Shown: piece after piece, positions 51,830 through 61,838 of the stretch
How positions within the stretch are numbered: position 1 is the stretch's first letter
How the letters are laid out: the number at the start of each line of letters is the position of its first letter
Assembly: GCA_963704395.1 (NCBI GenBank)
Contig: OY969906.1
Location: 884,935-948,934, forward strand
DNA from: an uncultured Chitinophagaceae bacterium
GTDB taxonomy: Bacteria > Bacteroidota > Bacteroidia > Chitinophagales > Chitinophagaceae
Length of the DNA stretch: 64,000 nt
Direction of reading: 5' to 3'
Notes under the pieces: generated by a model
What the model saw: only the letters and a program-made list of their open reading frames with translations
Databases searched by the model: none
Told to the model about the DNA's origin: nothing
Made by a program: the position numbers and the translations under genes

Positions 51830-52154
51830 TATTATAATTATTAAATAGTCTAAATATAAAACAAAAAAATCCAATAAACCGATGTTGCACTACTTGGTAT
51901 CTATACCAGGTATTAAAAATTTTCCTATCTATTCCAGCGAAGCGCAACCTTCAAGGTCAATCTCAGTTGTTTAGAGCTTCTGAAAGAAATTGCTTCAGTG
52001 CGGAAGGGAGTAAATAACTATCAGTACTGGCAGCTGATATGGGAAAGATGATCACTTATTTAACAATCTATCCAGGAAGCAATGATTTGCGAGGGGAAAA
52101 GTTTAGAAGGAGTCATAAAAAACTTTCTTAATTCTGTGTTCATAAAGCTACAAA

Positions 52155-52472
52155 TTATGCCTGCGCAGTAGGACCGCCGAAATTTAATGGTAATTCAACC
52201 GCTTCTATATCCTGTATAGTTCCATTTACAGATTCAAACTTTTTTACATTATCTATCATAGCCTTCATAAAACGTTTTGCATGAGTAGGTGTAAGTATGA
52301 TCCTGCTTTTTACTTTACTCTTGGGAGTACCGGGCATCACATTTACAAAGTCTATTACAAACTCTGCGTGACTATGCGTAATGATAGCAAGGTTGGCATA
52401 AACACCCTCAGATACTTCTTCAGATATTTCTATGTTAAGCTGGTTAGGCGGTACGTTTGGCTGATCGGGCAT
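52155..52472 (-). CDS. DUF3467 domain protein
   Basis: GVYANLAIITHSHAEFVIDF, SRIILTPTHAKR; TAATTTTG -7 box at 52489-52496. Confidence 0.85.
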   Translation of the reverse strand: MPDQPNVPPNQLNIEISEEVSEGVYANLAIITHSHAEFVIDFVNVMPGTPKSKVKSRIILTPTHAKRFMKAMIDNVKKFESVNGTIQDIEAVELPLNFGGPTAQA

Positions 52473-52607
52473 GATATTATTTTATTTTCAAAATTAAAAC
52501 AAAGCGAGTAGGATAAAAAATAAAAGAAGATAAAAATATTGTTCTTAAAAGCTTAGGGATGTATCATAAGTGTGTTGAACGGAAAAATCTAAATGATAAA
52601 AACCAGG

Positions 52608-54921
52608 TTAATGGGATAGCCAAAGAACTTTCATGGTAAAAGGTTGTTTCTTGCCATGGTACTTTTGATGGATTGATTTCACATCATCCTTCGTCACCGT
52701 GCCTGCTTTATTATTCCGCACATTTCGGATATAAGACACAATCAGGGCAATTTCTTTATCTCCCGATTTATCATTATGGCTCGTGGCAGGCATTGCCGCC
52801 GTTACTTCCGGAGGCGCATACGTTTTATCACCTACTTTAATAGGACCCGTTAAGCCATATAAAACAATTGACAATAATTTTGATTTATCGCCCCGCACCC
52901 AATCAGATCCATCTAAAGGAGCGCCAAGCCCTTTTATTCCAATGCCATTTTTTCCATGGCACATCCGGCAATTGAGTTTAAACAATTCCCTAACAGCCAA
53001 TAAATTTTTATCCATATTTTTATCAGCAATGGCAGCCAGTTTTTATTGCATTGCATTTTCAATTACTTTGTCCACACGCTTGACAAAAAAATCAGAAGTG
53101 TCTTTTACGCTTCTTTTATAAAGTCCTAAAAATGGTTTTTTTTATATTCAAGCCCGCCGATAACGGCATCCGCCGCAAAACTATTTTCTCAATATTTTTT
53201 TTTGAGATTTATCAACAGATGGGATGCTGAAGAAGAATACTTCATTCCAGCAGCTCCCAGATAAGCCATATACGGAGCTACGCCTGGATTATTTTCATTT
53301 AAAGTTCCCCGATATTTTTTCAACCAAAATCAGCATCCCTTTTATTGTGCATTATTGTAATAGCTGCCCTAATTATTTGCTGCTTCATCAAAACGCCAGA
53401 ATTGTCCCACACAGCTGCCCGGTCATTACTGCGCTATTCATTTAATCCCTCTAATAGCCACAAAGCATTTATTTTGTCAATCAAATTATTATGCGATTCA
53501 AGCAGGTTGTGAAGCGGAACGCTCAGGGCGGCTAGCCGTTTATCCACAATAAAATTATGCGCCGTTTCTCTTAGCCATTCGTTCGAACTATTCTCATAAG
53601 ACAAATGAGAATCTATATCCACATTAAAATCAGGAGTTGATAAATTAATCTCATAAGGGACTATTTTATAAATACGTCCGCAACTAAGGAGAGACTCTAA
53701 TCCTTTTTTCGTAGCCTGACCCGCGAGATAAGGTGTTAAATAAGTTTTGTGTTGAATAATTCCACGATACATTTCTGCAATATACAACGCGCCGTCAGGA
53801 CTCATTTATAAATTCACCGGTCTGGAAGGCTCATCATTACTCTCCAGGAATTCTTTGCTTTTGCATGCTTCTCTTCCTTTATCAGAGTCTGAATTAAAAG
53901 ATAAAATATCCCTCTTAATTAAGTTGGCTGCAGGTTCTGCAACAATAGCATTATCGTAATATTCATTTCCAAAAGAATGGCTGTTAAAAATTTCAGGCCC
54001 GCAGGCGGTGGTAAGATCTAAAAGACGAAGATTCTCATTCAGAATGCCTTTCATATAACCCCGGTTTACTCCAGGCGTGGGATGTAGGGGATAAACCCGG
54101 GTATCTGAGACTTTATTTTCATTGTAACCGGCTACCTGAAGCTGATGTGGATTAGTAGTGCCAAGCGTAGGAGAAAAATAATCGCCGATTAAATTATCCG
54201 AATTGGTATAGTAATTTAATAGCCCATACTAGTGAAATACCGCATTGCCCACGGAAATGAGAGTGGACTTTAATCCATTTATTTTGGCCAATCCTACCGT
54301 AACGGTTAGCCGGTTTAGCATTGTATATCCAGTTATTCAGGCCCCGCAATAATCCATGGGGCTGATGCTCCATATTACCGTATTTTGCATAATTGCTATC
54401 CACTAAATATTTTTATTCCGCTCTATCATGATTGTTTATTACAAACCATAAGTTGGGCGGCTCGGCAACCAAAATTACGCCATCAAACAGGTAAATCGCA
54501 CGCGTCATCATGAGTGAGTCCATAAATACTTTTCGTGTATCCATGATGCCTTCATGGCCTTTATATTCCAGAATTACTATTTTACCAATAGGCTCCTGTT
54601 ATCCGTTTCCGGAAGTTTCGGGCAAATAGCCATTCATTGCCATAGCCCAAATCCTGCCCCGGATAGCAAAGCTGATAGCACCGGGAGCGCTTACTATCGG
54701 TTCAGAAGCCGCTAATTGAATGTTGAAATTTTTTTCAAGAACAAAATGTTTTAGCGCTTCAGAAGGCTGCAGTATGGCCGATTATATCTTGTCCAGCTAT
54801 TCTCCAGTCCTTCTTTTGTCAGCTTTGTATTTTCGGTATTATTCCCGGACTGGAAGTTTGCGCCTAATAACACTACAAAGAGGATCAATATCGCGAACAG
54901 GGAGAATGAATTATTTTTCAT
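52608..54921 (-). pseudogene. DUF7133/PVC-type dehydrogenase beta-propeller plus cytochrome c protein, shattered pseudogene
   Basis: Fragments VAEPPNLW, EHQPHGLLRGLNNWIYNAK, TPGVNRGYMKGIL, SPDGALYIAEMYRGIIQHKTYLT and CRMCH heme motif, interrupted by many stops and frameshifts. Confidence 0.8.
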
Positions 54922-55012
54922 CAGGCATACAAAATTCGTGAAAATATTTCTATGAACCCCCTCAAAAAAACCTTCTTCATTGGTAGCGGTTTGAGGCCAG
55001 CCATAGCGATCA

Positions 55013-56287
55013 CTACAACCCGGTTGCCATTGTTTTACTTCCCCTTTCTTTAATCAATTGTCCCCTGACTTTTTCACTTCGGTAAAGATCCAAAGGATTC
55101 AAAGCGGCGCCGGATCTCAATCTTGCTTCTGCAACAAGTGCCCGCACGTCTGTACGATATGCCTGTTGCAATATTTCCTGTGCGCTAACTACGTCATTAT
55201 TATTTTGAGCTTCAGCTAATTTTTTTCTGTCAACAATTAATGATTGAGAATAGGCAATCATAATAGCTTCTACTGATTGCAACAGATCTTCCAAGGGATC
55301 TTTTACATTATGAGATGCATCAATCATCCATGCTAAATCACTGGCATGATTCATATTTTTTGCATCCATGCCTTCTACCAGTTCATTAAAGATTAAAAAT
55401 AATTGGTAGGGTTTGATACTTCCCACAGTAAGATCATCATCACCGTATTTGGAATCATTGAAATGAAACCCACCCAACTTTTCTTCCATCAATAGCAAGG
55501 CAACAATTTGTTCAATATTTGCATTAGGCAGATGATGGCCAAGGTCAACCAATGTAAAAGCCCTCTTTCCAAGTTTGGAAGTATAGAGCAATGATTGTCC
55601 CCAATCACCCACTGCCATTGAATAAAAGTTGGGTTCATAAGCTTTATATTCCACAAACATTTTCCAGTCATCCGGAAGCTCTTTATAAACTTCCTGCAAA
55701 CTTTCCAATGTATTTTGAAAAACTTTTCTGAAATTCAATTGTCCCGGAAAACAAGAGCCGTCACTCAACCAGACAGTCAGGGATTTTGAACCTAATTCTT
55801 TTCCGTATTTTATTACTTCGCAATTGTGATCAATAGCTTGCTTTCTTACTCCCTTATTAACATGCTGCATAGACCCAAATTTGTAACTCAGTTTTTGATC
55901 AGGTTGATCCTGAAAAGTGTTCGAGTTCATGGCATCGAAACGTAATCCATAGCTGGCTGCCAATTTTTTTATTGCATCAGCATCTTTTGGAATGTCCCAG
56001 GGAATATGCAAAGATATTGCCCCACTTGATCCATTCAGTACATGCAACAAACCGATGTCTTCAATTTTTTCTTCCAGATTCCGGGGTTCCCCGCCACCTG
56101 GGAAACGGCCAAAACGAGTTCCGCCGGTACCTAACGCCCAACTGGGAATGGCCACCTGAAAATCGGTTAATTTTTTGATTACAACCTCAGGATTTTTAAT
56201 TTGTCCGGAAATAAATTCATAACTCTTTCTATGCTTTGGCAAATTATCTTTATTGCTTTGGTCAATCTGAACTTTTTCTAATTTCAT
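55013..56287 (-). CDS. rhaI: L-rhamnose isomerase (xylose isomerase-like TIM barrel, RhaI type)
   Basis: PSWALGTGGTRFGRF, LHIPWD, EYKAYEP, VDLGHH, HFNDSKYGDDDL. Confidence 0.88.
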   Translation of the reverse strand: MKLEKVQIDQSNKDNLPKHRKSYEFISGQIKNPEVVIKKLTDFQVAIPSWALGTGGTRFGRFPGGGEPRNLEEKIEDIGLLHVLNGSSGAISLHIPWDIPKDADAIKKLAASYGLRFDAMNSNTFQDQPDQKLSYKFGSMQHVNKGVRKQAIDHNCEVIKYGKELGSKSLTVWLSDGSCFPGQLNFRKVFQNTLESLQEVYKELPDDWKMFVEYKAYEPNFYSMAVGDWGQSLLYTSKLGKRAFTLVDLGHHLPNANIEQIVALLLMEEKLGGFHFNDSKYGDDDLTVGSIKPYQLFLIFNELVEGMDAKNMNHASDLAWMIDASHNVKDPLEDLLQSVEAIMIAYSQSLIVDRKKLAEAQNNNDVVSAQEILQQAYRTDVRALVAEARLRSGAALNPLDLYRSEKVRGQLIKERGSKTMATGL

Positions 56288-56311
56288 TTTAAATATTTTT
56301 GCGGATCCAAT

Positions 56312-56623
56312 TTATGGTAAATAAAAAACTTCCTCCAAAGGAATAGAAACAGGTGAATTGTCTTCATTGGTTTCCATAATATCCTTCATATAAGTCCACC
56401 ATTTCTTCATAATTTCTTTGCCGGGTAATTCATTTAATTCTTTTTCATCATCGATTGTAAAGTACGCAAACAAATCATTTGTTTCTGCATCCATAAAAAT
56501 TGAATAATACCCAATGCCAGTTTGTTTTAAAAGTACCTTTAATTCAGGCCATATTTCATCATGGCGCCTTTTATATTCGGTTTCAAAACCTTTCAGCAAT
56601 TTCATTTTAAAAGCAATACGCAT
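56312..56623 (-). CDS. rhaM: L-rhamnose mutarotase
   Basis: EYKRRHDEIWPEL, YSIF, KKWWTYMKDIM, EEVFYL. Confidence 0.95.
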   Translation of the reverse strand: MRIAFKMKLLKGFETEYKRRHDEIWPELKVLLKQTGIGYYSIFMDAETNDLFAYFTIDDEKELNELPGKEIMKKWWTYMKDIMETNEDNSPVSIPLEEVFYLP

Positions 56624-56865
56624 AGCTTTTCATTTTTCGAATTTAATTTGTTTCCCGTGCAGGTTGACATCCTTCTAAATCAATGAAAAAGCAACAAGGT
56701 TTTAGCGTAGAGACTTCAAATTAAAAACCCTCAAATAAAACTTCCTGGTTCGTAATCTCCTTTATAATTTTAGCCTCTAATTTCTTTTGTCACTTCTAAA
56801 AAAATCAAAAGGCTGACCGATTCAAAAATCATCAGCGATTTGATTAATTGATTATGAGAAAAATT

Positions 56866-58986
56866 TTATCTTACAAAACCGGCTGCCACCCCTCCATCTA
56901 CATTCAAAATATTTCCTGTTGATTTATTAAGCAATCCTCCCACAAAAGCAAAGCAGGCATTGGCAATATCTTCAGGTAAAATCGTTTCGTTAAGCAAAGT
57001 TCTCTTAGCATAAAACGCCGGTAATTCTTCGACTTTTATCCCATAGGCTTTGGCACGGCCTTCGGCCCAGCCTCCGGCCCAGATATTAGAGTCGGAAATA
57101 ACAGCATCAGGATTCACAATATTTACCCGAATCCTATCGCTACCCAACTCCGCTGCCATCAACCTGGAAAGATGTGCCTGTGCGGCTTTTGCAGAGCCAT
57201 ACGCCGTATTATTAGGGCCTGTCACGATAGAGTTTTTGGAAACTATGTTAATGATATCTCCTCCAAATCCTTGTTTGCGCATTACCTCTATGCATAACTG
57301 GGATACTAAGAATTGTCCCTTTACCAAAATATCATACAATTTATCCCAATCTTCTGTAGTATGTTCCTCTATCGGTTTTGAAATACTAATACCCGCGTTA
57401 TTGACAACTATGTCCAAACCGCCATATGCAAGCGCAGCGCTTTTTACCGCTTCATCAATAGTTCGCCGGTTAGTTACGTCAAGTTTTACTGATATAACAT
57501 TATCCTTTCCAAAAATCTCTTGAAATTCTTCATTAGCTCCCAATAACCTTTCTTCATTAATATCGTTGATAATAACACAGGCTCCTTCTTCGGCAAACTT
57601 TTTGGCAATAGCCTTTCCAATGCCACCGGCGCTTCCGGTAACCAGGGCTACCCTGCCACTTAAAGATTTTGGTTTTGGCATCCGTTGCAACTTGGCTTCT
57701 TCCAATAACCAATATTCTATATTAAAAGCTTCCTGACGAGGCAGTGAAGTATATCGGGAAATAGCTTCCGCCCCTTTCATTACATTAATAGCATTGATAT
57801 AAAATTCCGCAGCTACTCGCGCTGTTTGTTTGTTTTTTGCCAATGTAAACATGCCAACGCCTGGATATAAAATAACTACAGGATTAGCATCCCGCATTGC
57901 TGGGCTGTCAGGATGTTTGTATGCGTTGTAATATTGGGCATACATCTTTCTGTAATTTTCAAACGCCGGAGTTAATTTTTCTTTTATTTTAGCAAAATCG
58001 TTCAAATCTTCATCTATGGTTAATTCCAAAACCAAAGGAGAAATTTTAGTGCGTAAGAAATGGTCCGGACAACTTGTTCCCATCGGAGCCAGCTTTTCCA
58101 AATCATGTGAGTTAATAAATTGCATAACTCTTTCATCATCCGTAAAATGTCCAATCATCTTTGTTTGGGAAGAACAAAATCCTCTTAAAACCGGTGCCAG
58201 TAAAGCAGCTTTTTTTAATCTTTCTTCTTTAGGTAATGATTCAATTTTTATACCACCAAATATTTCGCCTTTCTTTGTATAATTTTCTTCAAGATATTGG
58301 GCGCAGGTTTCAATCACTTCTAAAGTATTAATGTAACTTTCATACGCGGTATCTCCCCACGTAAAGAGTCCATGAGAACCGAGCATGATACCACGAATTC
58401 CGGGATTCTCGTCCAAGCATTTCCTTAATTTCAATCCAAGATCAAAACCAGGCCTTTGCCATTCTACCCATCCGATGGTTCCATTAAATAATTCCTGTGT
58501 AATTTTTTTGCCATCATTGGCCGCAGCAATAGCAATAGCTGCATCGGGGTGCAAGTGATCAATATGTTTGAAAGGTAAAAATCCATGCAAAGGAGTATCA
58601 ATAGAAGGAGCTTTTGAATTCAAATCGTAAATACAATGGTTAAATAATTCCACCATTTCATCTTCATGCTCAATACCGCGATATACGTCAGTCAAGCTTC
58701 TCAATCTATCAACAAATAACGCAGCCAGTCCGCTTCGCTTCATGGTACCCAGATCGCCGCCGCTGCCTTTTACCCACATTACTTCCACTTGTTTTCCCGT
58801 GAGAGGATCATTGGCCATCGCTTTGCAGGAAGTGTTTCCTCCGCCATAATTTGTTAGCCTCAAATCAGCACCAAGCAAATTGGAACGATATACTAATAGC
58901 GCTACCTCATCGTCTGCAAGCCCTAACGCTTTACTGTCATCCCATAAATAACTGACATGCTTAAACTTTTTTGTTATTGTACTCAT
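56866..58986 (-). CDS. rhaEW: Bifunctional rhamnulose-1-phosphate aldolase / short-chain dehydrogenase (RhaEW)
   Basis: YGGGNTS, PSIDTPLH, HLHPD, SCPDHFLRTK aldolase half; TGSAGGIG, NNAG, YGSAK SDR half. Confidence 0.92.
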   Translation of the reverse strand: MSTITKKFKHVSYLWDDSKALGLADDEVALLVYRSNLLGADLRLTNYGGGNTSCKAMANDPLTGKQVEVMWVKGSGGDLGTMKRSGLAALFVDRLRSLTDVYRGIEHEDEMVELFNHCIYDLNSKAPSIDTPLHGFLPFKHIDHLHPDAAIAIAAANDGKKITQELFNGTIGWVEWQRPGFDLGLKLRKCLDENPGIRGIMLGSHGLFTWGDTAYESYINTLEVIETCAQYLEENYTKKGEIFGGIKIESLPKEERLKKAALLAPVLRGFCSSQTKMIGHFTDDERVMQFINSHDLEKLAPMGTSCPDHFLRTKISPLVLELTIDEDLNDFAKIKEKLTPAFENYRKMYAQYYNAYKHPDSPAMRDANPVVILYPGVGMFTLAKNKQTARVAAEFYINAINVMKGAEAISRYTSLPRQEAFNIEYWLLEEAKLQRMPKPKSLSGRVALVTGSAGGIGKAIAKKFAEEGACVIINDINEERLLGANEEFQEIFGKDNVISVKLDVTNRRTIDEAVKSAALAYGGLDIVVNNAGISISKPIEEHTTEDWDKLYDILVKGQFLVSQLCIEVMRKQGFGGDIINIVSKNSIVTGPNNTAYGSAKAAQAHLSRLMAAELGSDRIRVNIVNPDAVISDSNIWAGGWAEGRAKAYGIKVEELPAFYAKRTLLNETILPEDIANACFAFVGGLLNKSTGNILNVDGGVAAGFVR

Positions 58987-59016
58987 ATTTGTATTTGTTT
59001 CTTATTAAAATAAAAT

Positions 59017-59070
59017 TTGCCACGAAACTTCCTCACGGCAGGCAGGTTCGCGCTAATTTGCACGAATTTT
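59017..59070. repeat. REP-like intergenic element
   Basis: GCCACGAA...GCACGAATT short direct repeats around CGGCAGGCAGG; resembles Bacteroidota REP motifs as recalled. Confidence 0.4.
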
Positions 59071-59204
59071 TATCTTATCTATTTATAAGATTTTATCACC
59101 ACACTTTAAACCCTGTAAGGTTTGCCGTATTTCTTTTGTGCAAATGGTAATATTATAGTGTTTTGTTGTTATTATTTTTTTCGAACGTTATAAGGTTTCT
59201 CCAC

Positions 59205-60287
59205 TCACTGATGCAAAGCGTTCCCATATCCCACCAATATTACAGATGCAATGATGGTGACAATTCCTATAATAATCGTAATCCTTGTTTTCGTACTAAC
59301 ACCTTTCCATTCTCTCAAAGCAAAACCCCACAAATTGGCCACTATAATAATAAACGACATGTGAAGTATCCATGAACTTGCCCCATTGCCCAATTTACTT
59401 TCTCCCATACCATAAAAGAAAAACTGAAGGAACCAAAGGGTGCCTGCCAATGCACAGAAAAGATAATTACGGAGAAGGGGTGTTTTTTTATTGGTGTAAT
59501 CTCCAAAAGTTTTATTCCGGATATTTAAAAACATAGTCCAGATAAAATTGGTGGTAAGGCCTCCCCAAAGCAATACAATGTAAATAACATTATTGCGGTA
59601 TAGAAAATTCCCTGTTTCAGTTGGATTGGATAGCTTCCACGCACTATTTGCAACTTCAGCCATTTTGGATCCGGCTTCTATTCCAAAATTAAAACAGGCA
59701 CTCAGGATACCGGCAACGATACAAACGATTAATCCTTTTACCAGATTAAATTCTTTAATACTTTCTTTCTTTTTTTCTTCAGGCAATTCATGCTCTTTCA
59801 AAATGCCCGCTTTACCACAAATAAAAATTCCAAGTAAGCAGAGTACAACCCCGGCAAGGACGATTTGTCCCCACGAGTTAGAAAGCAAATCAGTGAAAGT
59901 AACCTTTCCTTCCTGCGGGTGAAAGTTGTAATAGATAGAGGGCGCCAACGCTCCGAATGCAGAGGTAAATCCAAGCAATACTGAATTGCCGAGTGACATG
60001 CCAAGATAACGCATTCCAAGTCCGTACATTAATCCGCCAATACCCCAAAGAACACCCCAGAAGAAAGTCCAGCCAAAGGTGGAAGCCGGTGTGTTTGAGA
60101 TAATTTCAGCAAAATGTGGTACGGTTAGCCATGCCGCAATCGGCGGAACAATCAGCCATGAAAAGAGCCCTCCAACAATCCAGAAACTCTCCCAGTGCCA
60201 ACCTTTTACTTTATTATAAGGTACATAAAAACTACCCGAGGCAGCGCCGCCGATAAAGTGATAAAAAATTCCGATGATAATCTGCAT
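59205..60287 (-). CDS. rhaT: L-rhamnose/proton symporter
   Basis: GGAASGSFYVP, WESFW, YLGMSLG, LWFLQFFFYGMG; start trimmed to MQIIIG. Confidence 0.93.
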   Translation of the reverse strand: MQIIIGIFYHFIGGAASGSFYVPYNKVKGWHWESFWIVGGLFSWLIVPPIAAWLTVPHFAEIISNTPASTFGWTFFWGVLWGIGGLMYGLGMRYLGMSLGNSVLLGFTSAFGALAPSIYYNFHPQEGKVTFTDLLSNSWGQIVLAGVVLCLLGIFICGKAGILKEHELPEEKKKESIKEFNLVKGLIVCIVAGILSACFNFGIEAGSKMAEVANSAWKLSNPTETGNFLYRNNVIYIVLLWGGLTTNFIWTMFLNIRNKTFGDYTNKKTPLLRNYLFCALAGTLWFLQFFFYGMGESKLGNGASSWILHMSFIIIVANLWGFALREWKGVSTKTRITIIIGIVTIIASVILVGYGNALHQ

Positions 60288-60439
60288 AAATAATGTTGAA
60301 AAATTAAAATCAATGTCCCGCAATAAAAATAAAATATCCTTCTTCAATAATCATCATGTACTGTCATGGTTCATTAAATTTTAAGAAAAAACTACATAAA
60401 TTGCTGAACTTTTTCAAAAAATATCGTACCATAACGTAC

Positions 60440-61474
60440 ATGAATTCAGAAAATATATACCAGTTTTTAAAAATAGATGAAGAATCTATCACTCCAAAAT
60501 ATTTGCAGATAGCCAATTCAGTGCTTCATGCAGTCGAGATAAATGCCATCACAAAAGACTACTTATTACCATCCATTAATGATTTAAGCTATGAGCTCGA
60601 GATTTCTAGAGATACAGCAGAAAAGGCCCTTCGCTATCTTAAAACATTAGGTGTCATTGGTTCGGTTCCCGGAAAAGGATATTTTATCGCCAATACCGGC
60701 TTTAAACAAACGATAAAAGTTTTTTTACTGTTCAATAAATTGAGTGCGCATAAAAAAATAATTTACGATTCTTTCGTTGCTAAGTTGGGCGACCAGGCTG
60801 CGATTGATTTTTTTATTTACAATAATAACTTTTCCCTTTTTAAAAAATTAATGCAGAAAAATAAAAAAACCAACTATACTCACTATGTTATTATTCCGCA
60901 TTTTCTGGAAGGCGGCGACAATGCTAATGAGGTTATTAATGAGATAGAAAGAGGACATCTGATTTTGTTAGATAAATTAATTTCCGGGATCAACAGGGAA
61001 TATGGCGCTGTTTATGAAAATTTTGAACAGGATATTTATCGTGCTTTAAAAGAAGCACTTCCTCAATTAAGCAAATACCAAACTTTAAAAATTATTTTTC
61101 CCGAATACACTTATCATGCAATAGAAATTTTGAAAGGCTTTCATTCCTTCAGCAGTCAATATGCCTTCAATCACAAGGTGGTACAAAATATAGAAGAAGA
61201 ACCGGTTAACCAGGGCGAAGTTTTTATAAATCTTATGGAAGATGATCTTGTTGTTTTGCTGGAAAAAATTCAAGGCACCGATCTAAAAGTTGGAAAAGAT
61301 GTTGGCATTATATCTTATAATGAAACGCCCTGGAAACGTTTTATGTTAGATGGAATTACCACCATATCTACCGACTTCAAAAAAATGGGCGAGGTGGTAG
61401 CTGATTTGGTTTTAAATAATGGCAAAGACCATATTGAAGTTCCCTTTTCATTAACACTGAGAAATTCGCTGTGA
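60440..61474 (+). CDS. GntR-family regulator with sugar-binding C-terminal domain
   Basis: PKYLQIAN, LPSINDLS, SRDTAEKA, GKGYF wHTH; GIISYNETP, TTISTDF; start trimmed to MNSENIY. Confidence 0.88.
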   Translation: MNSENIYQFLKIDEESITPKYLQIANSVLHAVEINAITKDYLLPSINDLSYELEISRDTAEKALRYLKTLGVIGSVPGKGYFIANTGFKQTIKVFLLFNKLSAHKKIIYDSFVAKLGDQAAIDFFIYNNNFSLFKKLMQKNKKTNYTHYVIIPHFLEGGDNANEVINEIERGHLILLDKLISGINREYGAVYENFEQDIYRALKEALPQLSKYQTLKIIFPEYTYHAIEILKGFHSFSSQYAFNHKVVQNIEEEPVNQGEVFINLMEDDLVVLLEKIQGTDLKVGKDVGIISYNETPWKRFMLDGITTISTDFKKMGEVVADLVLNNGKDHIEVPFSLTLRNSL

Positions 61475-61838
61475 AAGCCAAATAAATCAATGAATAAATT
61501 GAAAATTTCTTTTTTAAAATTGAGGTATCATAGTGGCTTCAAGTATAATAAATATTCCAGATTTTAAAAGTTTCATTATAAAAATTCTATTTCTTCCCCA
61601 TTTTTTAATTTGCAATATTTTCAACTTCAAAATGACAAACCCCTATCCCAACGCCAACATAACCGACGTCAGTATAGTTTACTTTTATACCAATTACCTG
61701 AAATAAAACTTTGCCATTCTCTATTTCTGCATCTGCATTTTTGCAACAACAAAACGGTAGCCGTAGGATTATTCAAATACTGATTTTTTTAGTTGTAGAT
61801 TAATTCAATCGAAATTTTTTTTAAAACGTAGTTTTCAT

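Noticed and set aside
56800-56850. Imperfect hairpin after rhaEW
   Set aside because: Many mismatches and a weak tail; function unsupported
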